Assembly (NCBI GenBank): GCA_965199855.1
Contig: OZ241326.1
Coordinates: 1,984,001 to 2,048,000 of the forward strand
Direction: 5' to 3'
Source: a bacterium
GTDB taxonomy: Bacteria; UBA8248
Length of the DNA: 64,000 bases
Below the pieces are notes generated by a model. That model ran no database searches. It was given only the letters and a program-made list of their open reading frames with translations, and had not been told where the DNA came from. Shown in pieces: positions 1 through 8,644 of this stretch. The stretch's first letter is position 1. Every line of letters starts with the position of its first letter. The translations under genes and the position numbers were made by a program.

Positions 1-916
1 GGCCGACGGCGGCGGCGGCCGCCGCGCCTACGACGTCGAATGGCGCCTCGCGCTCCCCGCGCGAGAGGGCGAACGCCATGTCGCCGTCCACCGTCGTGTA
101 GGAGGGGCGCACGGCGCGAATCAGCCCGTTCGCCGCCATCCGGGCGAGCTTGTGTGCTTCGGGCTTCGAGAGTTTGGCGTCCGTCGCGGCGACGACGAGC
201 GTCGTGTTCTCCGAGGGGTCGGCGAAGCCCTCGAAGGGACGGCCCCGGCGCCGCAGATGCTCCTCGGTGTCGATGATTCCCCTGCCCGGCGGCACCGCCC
301 TCGGCCCGGCGAGGGGACGCCCCGTGACGGGGTCGTGCACCCCGCCGAAGGCGTTCACCGCCGCCAGCGCGCCCACGACGCCTCCCCCCGGCAGAGGCGC
401 GCTCGCCGTCCCGACGCCCCCCTTCATGGCGCGCTCGAGCCCCAGCAGCTTCCCCACCGTCGCGCCCGTCCCCGCCCCCACGCTTCCCTGGGCGCCCTCG
501 GCGTTCTCGGCCGCCTCGCACGCGGCGCGCCCCATGGCGGCGTCCGGCCGCGTCCGTCCGTCGCCGAAATGCAGGTCGAAGAGGACGCCCGCCGCCACCG
601 TGGGGACGCTGAAGCGCCCGGTGGGAAACCCCCTGCCCCTCTCCTCGAGAAAGGACATGACGCCGTCGGCCGCCGCAAGGCCGAACGCGCTGCCTCCCGC
701 GAGGAGAACGGCGTCCACCCCGCCGACCAAGTGCCCGGGGCGCAGGGCGTCCATGCCGCGCGTGGCCGTCGCCGTGCCGCGCAGCTCGCACGCGCCGACG
801 GTTCCGGGGGGACAAAGGACGACGGAAACGCCCGTCCCGGCCTTCTCGTCCTGCGCGTGGCCCAGATAAAAGCCGGGAACGTCGGTGACGCAGCCCGTGA
901 GGTCGGCGGGTTTCAG
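1..916 (-). CDS. P1/S58-family (DmpA-like) peptidase, 3' end runs off the window
   Basis: Manual minus-strand translation gives LKPADLTGCVTDVPGFYLGH..., GGSAFGL, GSVGAGTGATVGK, ENTTLVVAATDA and DGD, all typical S58 motifs. Missing from the ORF track because there is no stop in the window. Start probably CTG, 8 nt after GAGGAG. Confidence 0.85.
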   Translation of the reverse strand, partial: MKPADLTGCVTDVPGFYLGHAQDEKAGTGVSVVLCPPGTVGACELRGTATATRGMDALRPGHLVGGVDAVLLAGGSAFGLAAADGVMSFLEERGRGFPTGRFSVPTVAAGVLFDLHFGDGRTRPDAAMGRAACEAAENAEGAQGSVGAGTGATVGKLLGLERAMKGGVGTASAPLPGGGVVGALAAVNAFGGVHDPVTGRPLAGPRAVPPGRGIIDTEEHLRRRGRPFEGFADPSENTTLVVAATDAKLSKPEAHKLARMAANGLIRAVRPSYTTVDGDMAFALSRGEREAPFDVVGAAAAAAVG

Positions 917-953
917 GGGGGCGGCTCCTCGGTTTTCTCGCGCGGGGCCGCCG

Positions 954-1622
954 TCAGTCCCCGGCGGGCGGTTCGCCCGGGGCGCGGCCGGGCAGGGTCC
1001 CCGTTTCGAGAATGCCGTCGATGACGCATCGGTACTGCTCCGTCGGCACCGCGCCCACGATCACCGCCTCGTCGTTCACGACGACGGAGGGTATGCCCGT
1101 GATGCCCAGGCTCACGGCGCCGGCGTATTCCCGCATCGCCCTGCGCCGCAGGTCGCCGCTCGCCACGGCGTCGCGGAACCTGTCCATGTCCAGGCCGCTC
1201 CTCTCCGCCACCTCGTCGATGACTTTCCTGTCCGAGATGTCGCGGCTCTCGGTGAAGAAGGCGGCCAGCAGGTTGCGGTGAAGCGCGTCCCACTCCCCGT
1301 CGCCCTGGAATCTCGCGGCCAGCCCGGCCTCCGCCGAGGGCATCGAGCAGTTCGGAAACGTCTCGCCCCCGCCCTCGTCCCACATCGTGAAGTCCCCGGA
1401 ATCGGGCTGGGCGTTCGCGTTCGTCCAGTGGGTTCTGCGGTAGTCGTTGAACACGGCCGTCGGGTCCGGCTCGGGCCGCAGCATGAAGACCCGGTATTGA
1501 ATCTCCACCCGCCCGCCGTATTCCTCCCTGATCTTCTTCAGGCGCACGGCCGAATTGAAGCACCAGGGTCACAGAAAGTCGCTATACGCCGTGAACCGCG
1601 CGGGGGCGCGCCCGTCGGTCAT
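954..1622 (-). CDS. DsbA/FrnE-family thiol-disulfide oxidoreductase, probable selenoprotein (UPWC, Sec at 1569-1571)
   Basis: ORFs 1569..1835 and 954..1547 share a frame and join as YSDFL-TGA-PWCFNSAVRLKK, matching the family D-x-x-C-P-W-C motif. C-terminal GITGIPS cis-Pro loop. ATG at 1622 follows a purine-rich RBS. Confidence 0.85.
1526..1568 (-). promoter_or_regulatory. Candidate bacterial SECIS hairpin directly 3' of the UGA
   Basis: CCCUGGU/AUCAGGG, CUUCA/UGAAG and GGC/GCC stems. Apical loop CGUGC starts 20 nt after the UGA, with G in position 2. Confidence 0.65.
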
Positions 1623-1744
1623 CCTCGCCTCTCCTCTCGCTCCGCCGCCGGGGGGCTTTCCGCCCCGGGCGGCTACCGAATTTCCGCAGGGATTGTAGGC
1701 GAAATCCGGCGAAAAGCCAAAGCCGCCCCGCCGACGGGAACGGC

Positions 1745-2300
1745 GCGGGACGCATATATGGAAACGCTCTCGCGTTTCACCTGCGAAACCATGAAACCCG
1801 CATCGCCCGCCGTAGGGGGAATCCCCGGTCGTCATTCCGGCGAAGGCTATCCAGGGTCGTCATTCCGGCGAAGGCCGGAATCCGGGGTTTTGATTGTCTT
1901 CCCCTCAAAACGGGCGGTTCCCGAACCGCTCCTACAAATATCCCCACCCCATCCTCGCCATTGACGACGGGCGGCCGCAGGGGGCCGCCCCTACGAAACC
2001 ATGAAACCCACATCCCCGCCGATCGCCGGGCGGGACGCATATATGCGTCCCCTACGCAAAATCAAAATCGCCGCCGCCCGTAGGGGGCGCATTCTTGCGC
2101 CCCGTTGCGGGTTGTCATGCGGATTGTAGGAACACCCCCCTGTGGTTGTCCTTCCCCGGGTTCCCGTCCCGCAACGCGCGAAAATCCCGTAGGGGTCGTT
2201 CGTGAACGACCCGCCGCCTCCGATGCGAACCCTTCTAAATAAATACGGGCGGTTCTCGAATTGTGGAGCGGGCCCGGGGAGGGGTCGCCCCCACGGAGAC
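1745..2300. repeat. Mosaic REP/BIME-like cluster (GTAG-type REPs plus GTCATTCCGGCGAAGGCCGGAATCC-type palindromes)
   Basis: Palindrome at 1859-1883 with a degenerate copy at 1831. GTAG-headed hairpins at about 1912-1935(-), 1969-1994(-), 2033-2055(-), 2080, 2126 and 2189. Confidence 0.85.
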
Positions 2301-2379
2301 GAAACCGCTTTGGCTCCGAGAGGGCGGCCGCGAATGAGGGATTTCGGGGCGGGGGCCGTCGTCGAAATATAAACCTTTC

Positions 2380-2409
2380 TGGCAAAGCGCGCTCTCCAAC
2401 TGATATAAT
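2380..2409 (+). promoter_or_regulatory. Sigma70-type promoter with extended -10 for the autotransporter
   Basis: TG-A-TATAAT at 2401-2409 and TGGCAA at 2380-2385. Confidence 0.6.
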
Positions 2410-2483
2410 CTCCCGCCGTTCGACCGAGAACGGGCACGGATGAATTCGTCATCAGGATGGAATACGCGAGGAGACTTGATTCC

Positions 2484-5400
2484 ATGTCCGCCCGAGAGCT
2501 TGTCCGCGCCCTGAAAACGCGGCATACTGCGTCCGACTCACCGACTCACCGACTCACCGACTCACCGACTCACCGACTCACCGACTCACCGACTCACCGA
2601 CTCACCGACTCACCGACTCACCGACTCACCGACTCACCGACAAGTAACGGCCGCGAAGGGCGCGGCGTGAGGGCGCGGGCGGCCGCGCTCGCCCTGGCGC
2701 TCGGGCTGCTTCTCTGCGCGGGGGAGGCGGCGGCGCAGACCGCCGTGTGCAGCGACACGCCGGGGGCGGGCCAGAGAATCGCGTGCGAGGTCGCCAGCGG
2801 CGTCACGCAGGACGTCACCATCGACGCGATGAACCCTTCCATCTCGACGTCGGCCGCCAACGCCTACGGCGTTTATGGCCGTCACCGGGGGACGGGCGGG
2901 ATCGACATCGATCTGACCGGCGCCGGAATCGCAACGGCGGGCGATCGAGCTTCCGGCGTCCTGGCCTGGGCCAGCAACGCCGCGGGCGAGGGGGACGTCT
3001 CTATCGGCGTGGCGGGAGGCGCCGTCAGGACGGCGGGCGATCGAGCCAACGGCGTCTTTGTCATCCACGCGGGCGCGGCCGGCCGCGTCTCCATTGACCT
3101 GAACGCCGCCGCCATCACGACGACGGGCGCGAACTCCTACGGCGTCCAGGTTTGGGCCAGCAACGCCGCGGGCGAGGTGGACGTCTCTATCGGCGCGGCG
3201 GGCGGCTCCGTCAAGACGGAGGGCGGCGATCGAGCCGACGGCGTCTATGCCCGGAACGACGGCCTGGGCGGGGTCTCCGTCAATCTGAACGACGCGGATA
3301 TCGAAACGGCGGGCGCCGGCGCCTACGGCGTCCTGGCCTGGGCGAGCAACGCCGCGGGCGAGGCGGACGTCTCCGTCGGCGCGGAGGGAGGCTCCGTCAG
3401 GACGGCGGGCGATCGAGCCTCCGGCGTCTATGCCCGGAGCGACGGCCTGGGCGGGGTCTCCATTGACCTGAACGACGCCGCCATCACGACGACGGGCGTG
3501 AACTCCTACGGCGTCCTGGCCTGGGCGAGCAACGCCGCGGGCGAGGCGGCGATCTCCATCAGCCTCAAGAACGGCGCGCGGATCGAGACGGCGGGCGATC
3601 GAGGCAACGGCGTCTATGCCCGGAGCGACGGCCTGGGCGGGGTCTCCGTCAATCTGAACGACGCCGCCATCACGACGACGGGCGTGGACTCCTACGGCGT
3701 CTTCGCCTGGGCGACAAACGCCGCGAGCGAGACGGACGTCACCGTCGGCGCGGCGGGCGGCTCCGTCGCCGTGGAGGGACTGGGCGCGAGGGGTCTCTAC
3801 GGATACCACCGGGGTCTCGGCTCCGTCTCGATGACGACGGACGCCGCCAACGTGATCGAGGCGCCGTTCGCCGTCGGAGTGGAGGCGCGCCTGACGAACG
3901 ACGCGAACGCGGCGGGCCGCCTCCTCGTCACGAACGGGGGCGCGGTGGAGGCGCGCGACGTCGGCGTTCGCGCCCGGGCGGCGCGTTCGAGCGGCTCCAC
4001 CTTCGGGGAGGGGACGCGGACGGCGGACGACGCGGCGCGAACCGGGCCGATGATTCACGTCGCGTCGAGCGGGGACGTCACCGTCGGCGAAAGCGTGACG
4101 GACGCCTTCATCCGGAACAAAATCGCGGGGGAGGACGGGACGCTCTCGACGGGCGAGCGCGCCGTCCTGGACGCCGTCACGGCGGGTGATTCAGACGCGC
4201 TGGATACGGCGCTCGCCGCCCTTCCCGCCGCCTACGACGACGACTGGAAGGCGGAGGCGCGGGAGCTTCTTCGCAAGCGCGGCCATGAGCCGACCTCCGC
4301 CGCCGCGCTGGCGATCCGGGCGGCCGGGGAGATTCTGGGTCTTTCTCTCGCGGGCGTCCGCGCCCTGGCGCTTTCCCACGCGGCGATCGCCGATTACGTC
4401 CGGGGCGGCGACCGGGACCCGGCGATTCTCGCCATCGCCGAGGCGAGCCGCGCGACCCGGCAGCAGGCGGCGCTGGCGGAGCAGGAGAAGCTCTCGGCCG
4501 CCGAGCGGGCGGTTCTGGCGGCGGCGCTGACGGGCGGCGATCTGGAGGGCGCCCTCGCCGCCCTTCCCGAGAGCTACGCGGACGCCTGGAAGAACGACGT
4601 CCGCCGGCTCGCGGCGAGCTACAACGCGGGCGACATCCGCGTGGACGTGACCGGAGGCGCGATAGCCGCGGAGGGCAACGGCGTGGAGGCGCTCTACGCC
4701 GTTCCGCACGAGAGGAACGGGGGCATAGCGGTGCGCGTGGCCGAGGGCGCGAGCGTCTCGGGCGGCGCGAACGGGCTCTATCTTTCCGGCGCGGGCGCGG
4801 GCGCGGGGAATTTCTTGGCGCAGAGCGTCTCGATTGACGGGGAGGTGAGGGGCGGCGCCGGCGCGGGCGTCTATATGAAGGGCGGCGGCAGGCTGACCAT
4901 CGGCGCGACGGGCCGCGTGGGCGCGACCTCCGGCGTGGGGGTTCTGGCGGATGGTCCCGGGGATTTCCACGCGACGGTGGCGGGGAGGGTGACAGGCGAT
5001 ATAAGAGGCGTGGGCGCGGGCGATCATGCGGTCACGGTCTCCCCCGGCGGCGAGGTGACGGGAACGATTCATCTGGCGGCGAGTACCGTGACGGTGGACG
5101 GGACGGTCGGCGCCGTTCGTCTGGACCGCGGCGGGATGGTGACGGTGGGGCGGAGCGGCGTCATCCGGGGCGCGGGAGGGACGGCGATCCGCGCGGGAGG
5201 CGCGGCGCTCCGCGCCGATCTGAACCCGAGCGGCCGCCGGTTCCACAGCGTGGCGGGCGGCGGCGTCATCATCCACAACGCGGGCGGGAAGACGACGCTC
5301 CTCGTCAACGGGGTGAAGCTGCACGACGCGGAGACGGGCGAGACGGGCGCGCGGGCGCGCAACGGCCCTCGCGTCGTCTCCCTGCTCCCCGGGGCGGGCG

Positions 5401-6338
5401 ACGACGGAATCTTCACGGCGGAGGAATTCATCGAGCGGGGCCTGTACCAGGGAATATACGAGGCGCTGCCGGGGCTTCTGCACAGGATGGAGAGCGGACG
5501 GGCGCGGGCTGCGCGGACGACCGCGGAGGGCTCGCCCGTCTGGGTCCGGCTGTCGGGGACGGAGGGCTCGCGCGGGGCGAGGCGCTCGACCTCCTCCGCC
5601 GAATACGACTTCGCCTCCACGGGGCTGGAGGCGGGCCTGGCCGTCGCCTTCCCCTGGACGAGCGGCCTCACGGGCTCGCTCTCCCTCCGGCATCAGAGGG
5701 GCGCGGCGGAAACCTCGCTGGCCGACGGCAAGGGGGAGATTGACTTGGCCGGCGTGGGCCTGGGCGCGGGACTCTCGTGGAGAAGCGGGGACGGCTGGTA
5801 TCTGCGCGGGGAGTTCTCCGTCATGGACTACGACGCTGATCTCACTTCCAGGAAATGGGGCAGGCTGCGGGGCGAAGTGGGCGCGGGCGTCCGCGTTCTG
5901 GACGTTGAGGCCGGCCGCCGCCTCGCGCCCGGCGAGAGGTTCGCGCTCACGCCCCGGGCATGGCTCACGCGCTCGCGGGTCTCGATGGAGGGCTTCACGG
6001 ACGCTCTCGGGGCGCGGGTCAGGCTCATCGAGGGCGACCGGCTCTCGGGCGGCTTCGGCGCGGTTGCGGAGACCACCCGTCCCTTGGCGGTCGGGGGAGG
6101 GACGCTCGCTTGGCGCGGCTCGGCGGACGTGGAGGAGATCCTGAGCGGAGAGAAGACCTCCGTCGAGGTTTCCGGCGAGCGGCTCCGTGCCGAGGCGGCG
6201 AGCCCCCGCCTTCTGCTGGGTATCGGGGCGCGCTGGCGCAAGGGGCGCTTCACGATAGGCGGGGAAATCTCCTCCTCCGGTCTCGGCTCGGATGACAAGA
6301 CCCTCGGCGCCCGCCTGAGCGCGGAAATGCGGTTCTAG
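2484..6338 (+). CDS. Type Va autotransporter (beta-helical repeat passenger, C-terminal beta-barrel), putative adhesin
   Basis: Signal-like AAALALALGLLLCAGEAAA/Q. Gly/Ala-rich ~60-aa repeats (ITTTG.NSYGV.AWASNAAGE..., GDRA.GVYA). Barrel region (VWVRLSG..., LTPRAWL) ends in terminal Phe (AEMRF). ATG 2484 has GAGGAG upstream; ATG 2457 is an alternative start. Confidence 0.9.
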   Translation: MSARELVRALKTRHTASDSPTHRLTDSPTHRLTDSPTHRLTDSPTHRLTDSPTSNGREGRGVRARAAALALALGLLLCAGEAAAQTAVCSDTPGAGQRIACEVASGVTQDVTIDAMNPSISTSAANAYGVYGRHRGTGGIDIDLTGAGIATAGDRASGVLAWASNAAGEGDVSIGVAGGAVRTAGDRANGVFVIHAGAAGRVSIDLNAAAITTTGANSYGVQVWASNAAGEVDVSIGAAGGSVKTEGGDRADGVYARNDGLGGVSVNLNDADIETAGAGAYGVLAWASNAAGEADVSVGAEGGSVRTAGDRASGVYARSDGLGGVSIDLNDAAITTTGVNSYGVLAWASNAAGEAAISISLKNGARIETAGDRGNGVYARSDGLGGVSVNLNDAAITTTGVDSYGVFAWATNAASETDVTVGAAGGSVAVEGLGARGLYGYHRGLGSVSMTTDAANVIEAPFAVGVEARLTNDANAAGRLLVTNGGAVEARDVGVRARAARSSGSTFGEGTRTADDAARTGPMIHVASSGDVTVGESVTDAFIRNKIAGEDGTLSTGERAVLDAVTAGDSDALDTALAALPAAYDDDWKAEARELLRKRGHEPTSAAALAIRAAGEILGLSLAGVRALALSHAAIADYVRGGDRDPAILAIAEASRATRQQAALAEQEKLSAAERAVLAAALTGGDLEGALAALPESYADAWKNDVRRLAASYNAGDIRVDVTGGAIAAEGNGVEALYAVPHERNGGIAVRVAEGASVSGGANGLYLSGAGAGAGNFLAQSVSIDGEVRGGAGAGVYMKGGGRLTIGATGRVGATSGVGVLADGPGDFHATVAGRVTGDIRGVGAGDHAVTVSPGGEVTGTIHLAASTVTVDGTVGAVRLDRGGMVTVGRSGVIRGAGGTAIRAGGAALRADLNPSGRRFHSVAGGGVIIHNAGGKTTLLVNGVKLHDAETGETGARARNGPRVVSLLPGAGDDGIFTAEEFIERGLYQGIYEALPGLLHRMESGRARAARTTAEGSPVWVRLSGTEGSRGARRSTSSAEYDFASTGLEAGLAVAFPWTSGLTGSLSLRHQRGAAETSLADGKGEIDLAGVGLGAGLSWRSGDGWYLRGEFSVMDYDADLTSRKWGRLRGEVGAGVRVLDVEAGRRLAPGERFALTPRAWLTRSRVSMEGFTDALGARVRLIEGDRLSGGFGAVAETTRPLAVGGGTLAWRGSADVEEILSGEKTSVEVSGERLRAEAASPRLLLGIGARWRKGRFTIGGEISSSGLGSDDKTLGARLSAEMRF
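2533..2641 (+). repeat. Perfect octamer tandem repeat (CCGACTCA)13 plus partial CCGAC within the 5' end of the autotransporter
   Basis: Counted directly: 13 units at 2533-2636. Confidence 0.97.
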
Positions 6339-6339
6339 G

Positions 6340-7020
6340 ATCCGCCCGGCGGCGCATTCGCGTAGGGGCGGATTGTAGGGACAACCCCTGCGGTGTCCTT
6401 CGCCGGGTTCCCGTCCCGCCGCCGCGTGACAATCCCGCAGGGGTCGTTCGTGAACGACCCGCTCCCGCCGATGCGAATTCCTCCCCCAACGGGCGGTTCT
6501 CGAACCGCCCCTACGAAACCATGAAACCGCGCATGGATTGGCCGGGAACGCCCGTTCGCCACCGCGCGCCTCGGTTCTGGATTCCGGCTTTCGCCGGAAT
6601 GACGGCGAAAGGCCAACCCCGGCGTCCCTTCGATCTGACAGGGAACAACATCGAGACGGCAACGAGGGTTTCCCCTCCGCCGCGCGCCGCCCCAGAATCC
6701 CGTCATTCCGGCGAAAGCCGGAATCCAGGGGTCTGGTTGCCTTCCTGAAAACGGGCGGTTCCCGAATTGTGGGGCGGCCCCAGGGAGGCGCCGCCCCTGC
6801 GAAACCATTGAACCCCTCACGGGCCGTAAAACGCCCCGCCTCGCATCCCCGCCGATCGACGGGCGGGACGCATGAATGCGTCCCCTACGGGTGAATCACG
6901 CCATCCGGCCCCGTAGGGGGCATCCCCGGCCGTCATTCCGGCGAAGGCCGGAATCCAGGGTTTTGATTGTCTTCCTGAAAACGGGCGGTTCACGAACCGC
7001 CCCTACGAAACCGTTGCCGT
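6340..7020. repeat. Mosaic REP/BIME-like cluster, right flank
   Basis: GTCATTCCGGCGAA(A/G)GCCGGAATCC at 6579-6603(-), 6702-6726 and 6932-6956. GTAG hairpins at about 6375, 6437, 6491-6514(-), 6865-6888(-) and 6983-7006(-). Confidence 0.85.
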
Positions 7021-7341
7021 CCCCGCCCGGTCGCCGCGCGCATTTGCCCGCATTTGCGCCTATCGGGCCTTCCCCTGAACGCGCGAGAATCCGCCGCGAG
7101 AGGGAGGAGGCGAACGCATGGACTTCGGGAAGCGGATGATGACGAAGGCGAGGGCGCGGGTCAGGGCGTTTTTCGCCCCGCGCCGTTCCCGCGTCGTCAA
7201 TTCCGGTGCGGAGGAGGGTTTGCGGAATCCGTCATTTTCCCGCCGGCGTCGGGGCGCGTCCCGCCGGCCCCGGATTGCGGCTTCCGCAGGCGCGCCGCGC
7301 GCGCTCCTCCATCGCCATGATGAAAACAATCCCGTTTTCGA

Positions 7342-7400
7342 CAAAATCCGACAAATTCACGCCTTTATCCCGCAAATTCGCGCCTTTTTTCGACAAATTC
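7342..7400 (+). repeat. Phased direct repeats CAAATTC with exact 21-bp period
   Basis: CAAATTC at 7352, 7373 and 7394, plus CAAAATC at 7342. Confidence 0.7.
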
Positions 7401-7425
7401 AAGACCCTTCAGAGCGCGGAAAAAA

Positions 7426-7438
7426 TATCAACTCATTG
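7426..7438 (+). promoter_or_regulatory. IHF consensus site (WATCAANNNNTTR)
   Basis: TATCAACTCATTG preceded by an A-tract, in a locally AT-rich patch. Confidence 0.55.
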
Positions 7439-7539
7439 AAAACAAAAGGATTGTGTGAAAAAGAGGCGCCGGGAGGGGGTATTTCGCAAGGCCGCGGCGT
7501 TTGCGCGCATCCGCCCGCACTTGCTCCGCCCCGGCGGGA

Positions 7540-7725
7540 GCGTAGGGACAACCCCCTGTGGTTGCCTTCGCCGCCTCCTCATCCCGCCGAGGCCCAAAAA
7601 TCCCGCAGGGGGCGTTCGGGAACGCCCCGCCGCTTACGATGCGAACCCTTCCCGAAAACGGGCGGTTCGCGAATCGTGGGGCGACCCCCGGGGAAGGGCC
7701 CCTCCCGCGAAGACGAAACGGCGCG
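7540..7725 (+). repeat. Third copy of the composite REP module
   Basis: GTAGGGACAACCCCCTGTGGTTGCC...AATCCCGCAGGGGGCGTTCGGGAACGCCCC...CGATGCGAACCCTT...GGGCGGTTCGCGAAT, colinear with 2126-2300 and 6375-6514. Confidence 0.8.
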
Positions 7726-7753
7726 GCGCGCTTCCCGGGGAGCGGGGCTGCGT

Positions 7754-8644
7754 CTATATGCTCACGCGCGCCATGCGCACCCGCACCTCCTCCCCGACGC
7801 CCGCGCCCAACGCGCCGGCGGCACTTCCCTCGGGGACGAAAATCTCCAGGCGCGTCCAGCTGTTGAACTGCGCGCCGAGCCCGCCCGCCTCCACCGCCTG
7901 GTAGCATTCGCTCACCCCGTTGATGACGCGGCCGCCGATTTCGATGACCGGCAGGCGGGCGGCGCCGTCCTCGGCGTCCTCGAAGCGCCAGAAGGCCGTC
8001 GTGTCGATGTTGGTGATCAGGTTCCCGTAGCGATCGACGTAGATGACCTCGCCGACGATGGCCTCCTCCGCCTCCTCGAACCGCGCGCGCGGGAAGTCGA
8101 GCCGCACCGGATCGGCGACGAGGGGCCCGAACTCCTCCGGCGGGGTTCCACCCGCGAGATGGGCGGCCGCCGGCGCGAAAACGTCCCTGCCGTGAAAGGT
8201 GGAGCTCACCTCGTCGAGGAAAAAGGCGTCCTCCCGAAGCTCGCGCGTCCAGGCGTAGAGCGGATCGTCCAGGGCGCAGGAGAGCAGGCCGTTGTCCGGC
8301 CCCACGAAATAGTAGTTTTGCGTCGCGGCGATGATCCCCCGGCGGCCGCTCCCCACGCCGGGGTCCACCACCGCCGCGTGAACCGTCCCGCGCGGAAAGT
8401 AATGCGCCGCCGCCCCCAGAATGAGCGACCCGCCCCGCACGTCGTAGGGCCGTATCGCGTGCGTGATGTCCACGACGCGGGCGGCGGGATTCGTCGCCAG
8501 GATGACGCCCTTCATCACCCCCGCGTAGTGCTCGTCCGGGCCGAAGTCCGTCAGGAGGGTGACGACGGGCGCCGCGCCGCTCTCCTCCCCGCAGCCGGAG
8601 GCGTCCTCGCGAAAGGGATTCGGGCGCGCCCGCCCGTCCGTCAT
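7754..8644 (-). CDS. SAM hydroxide adenosyltransferase (DUF62, chlorinase/fluorinase family)
   Basis: Motifs TLLTDFG, VVDPGVGSGRR, GPDNG, STFHGRDVFAP, DRYGNLITN. ATG overlaps the mtaB stop (ATGA). Confidence 0.9.
   Translation of the reverse strand: MTDGRARPNPFREDASGCGEESGAAPVVTLLTDFGPDEHYAGVMKGVILATNPAARVVDITHAIRPYDVRGGSLILGAAAHYFPRGTVHAAVVDPGVGSGRRGIIAATQNYYFVGPDNGLLSCALDDPLYAWTRELREDAFFLDEVSSTFHGRDVFAPAAAHLAGGTPPEEFGPLVADPVRLDFPRARFEEAEEAIVGEVIYVDRYGNLITNIDTTAFWRFEDAEDGAARLPVIEIGGRVINGVSECYQAVEAGGLGAQFNSWTRLEIFVPEGSAAGALGAGVGEEVRVRMARVSI

Noticed and set aside
1745-2300. REP clusters as a CRISPR array
   Set aside because: Repeats differ in sequence, orientation and spacing, spacers are not unique, and no cas genes are present.
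7754-8644. SAM-dependent fluorinase/chlorinase
   Set aside because: It retains the Asp-Arg-His triad of DUF62 SAM hydrolases (VDPG...RR, TFHGRD), so halogenase activity is unlikely.
1600-8644. Identical N-termini MTDGRA in DsbA and DUF62, on either side of the cassette
   Set aside because: Only six residues in GC-rich codons and not at the cassette boundary on the DUF62 side; probably coincidence.
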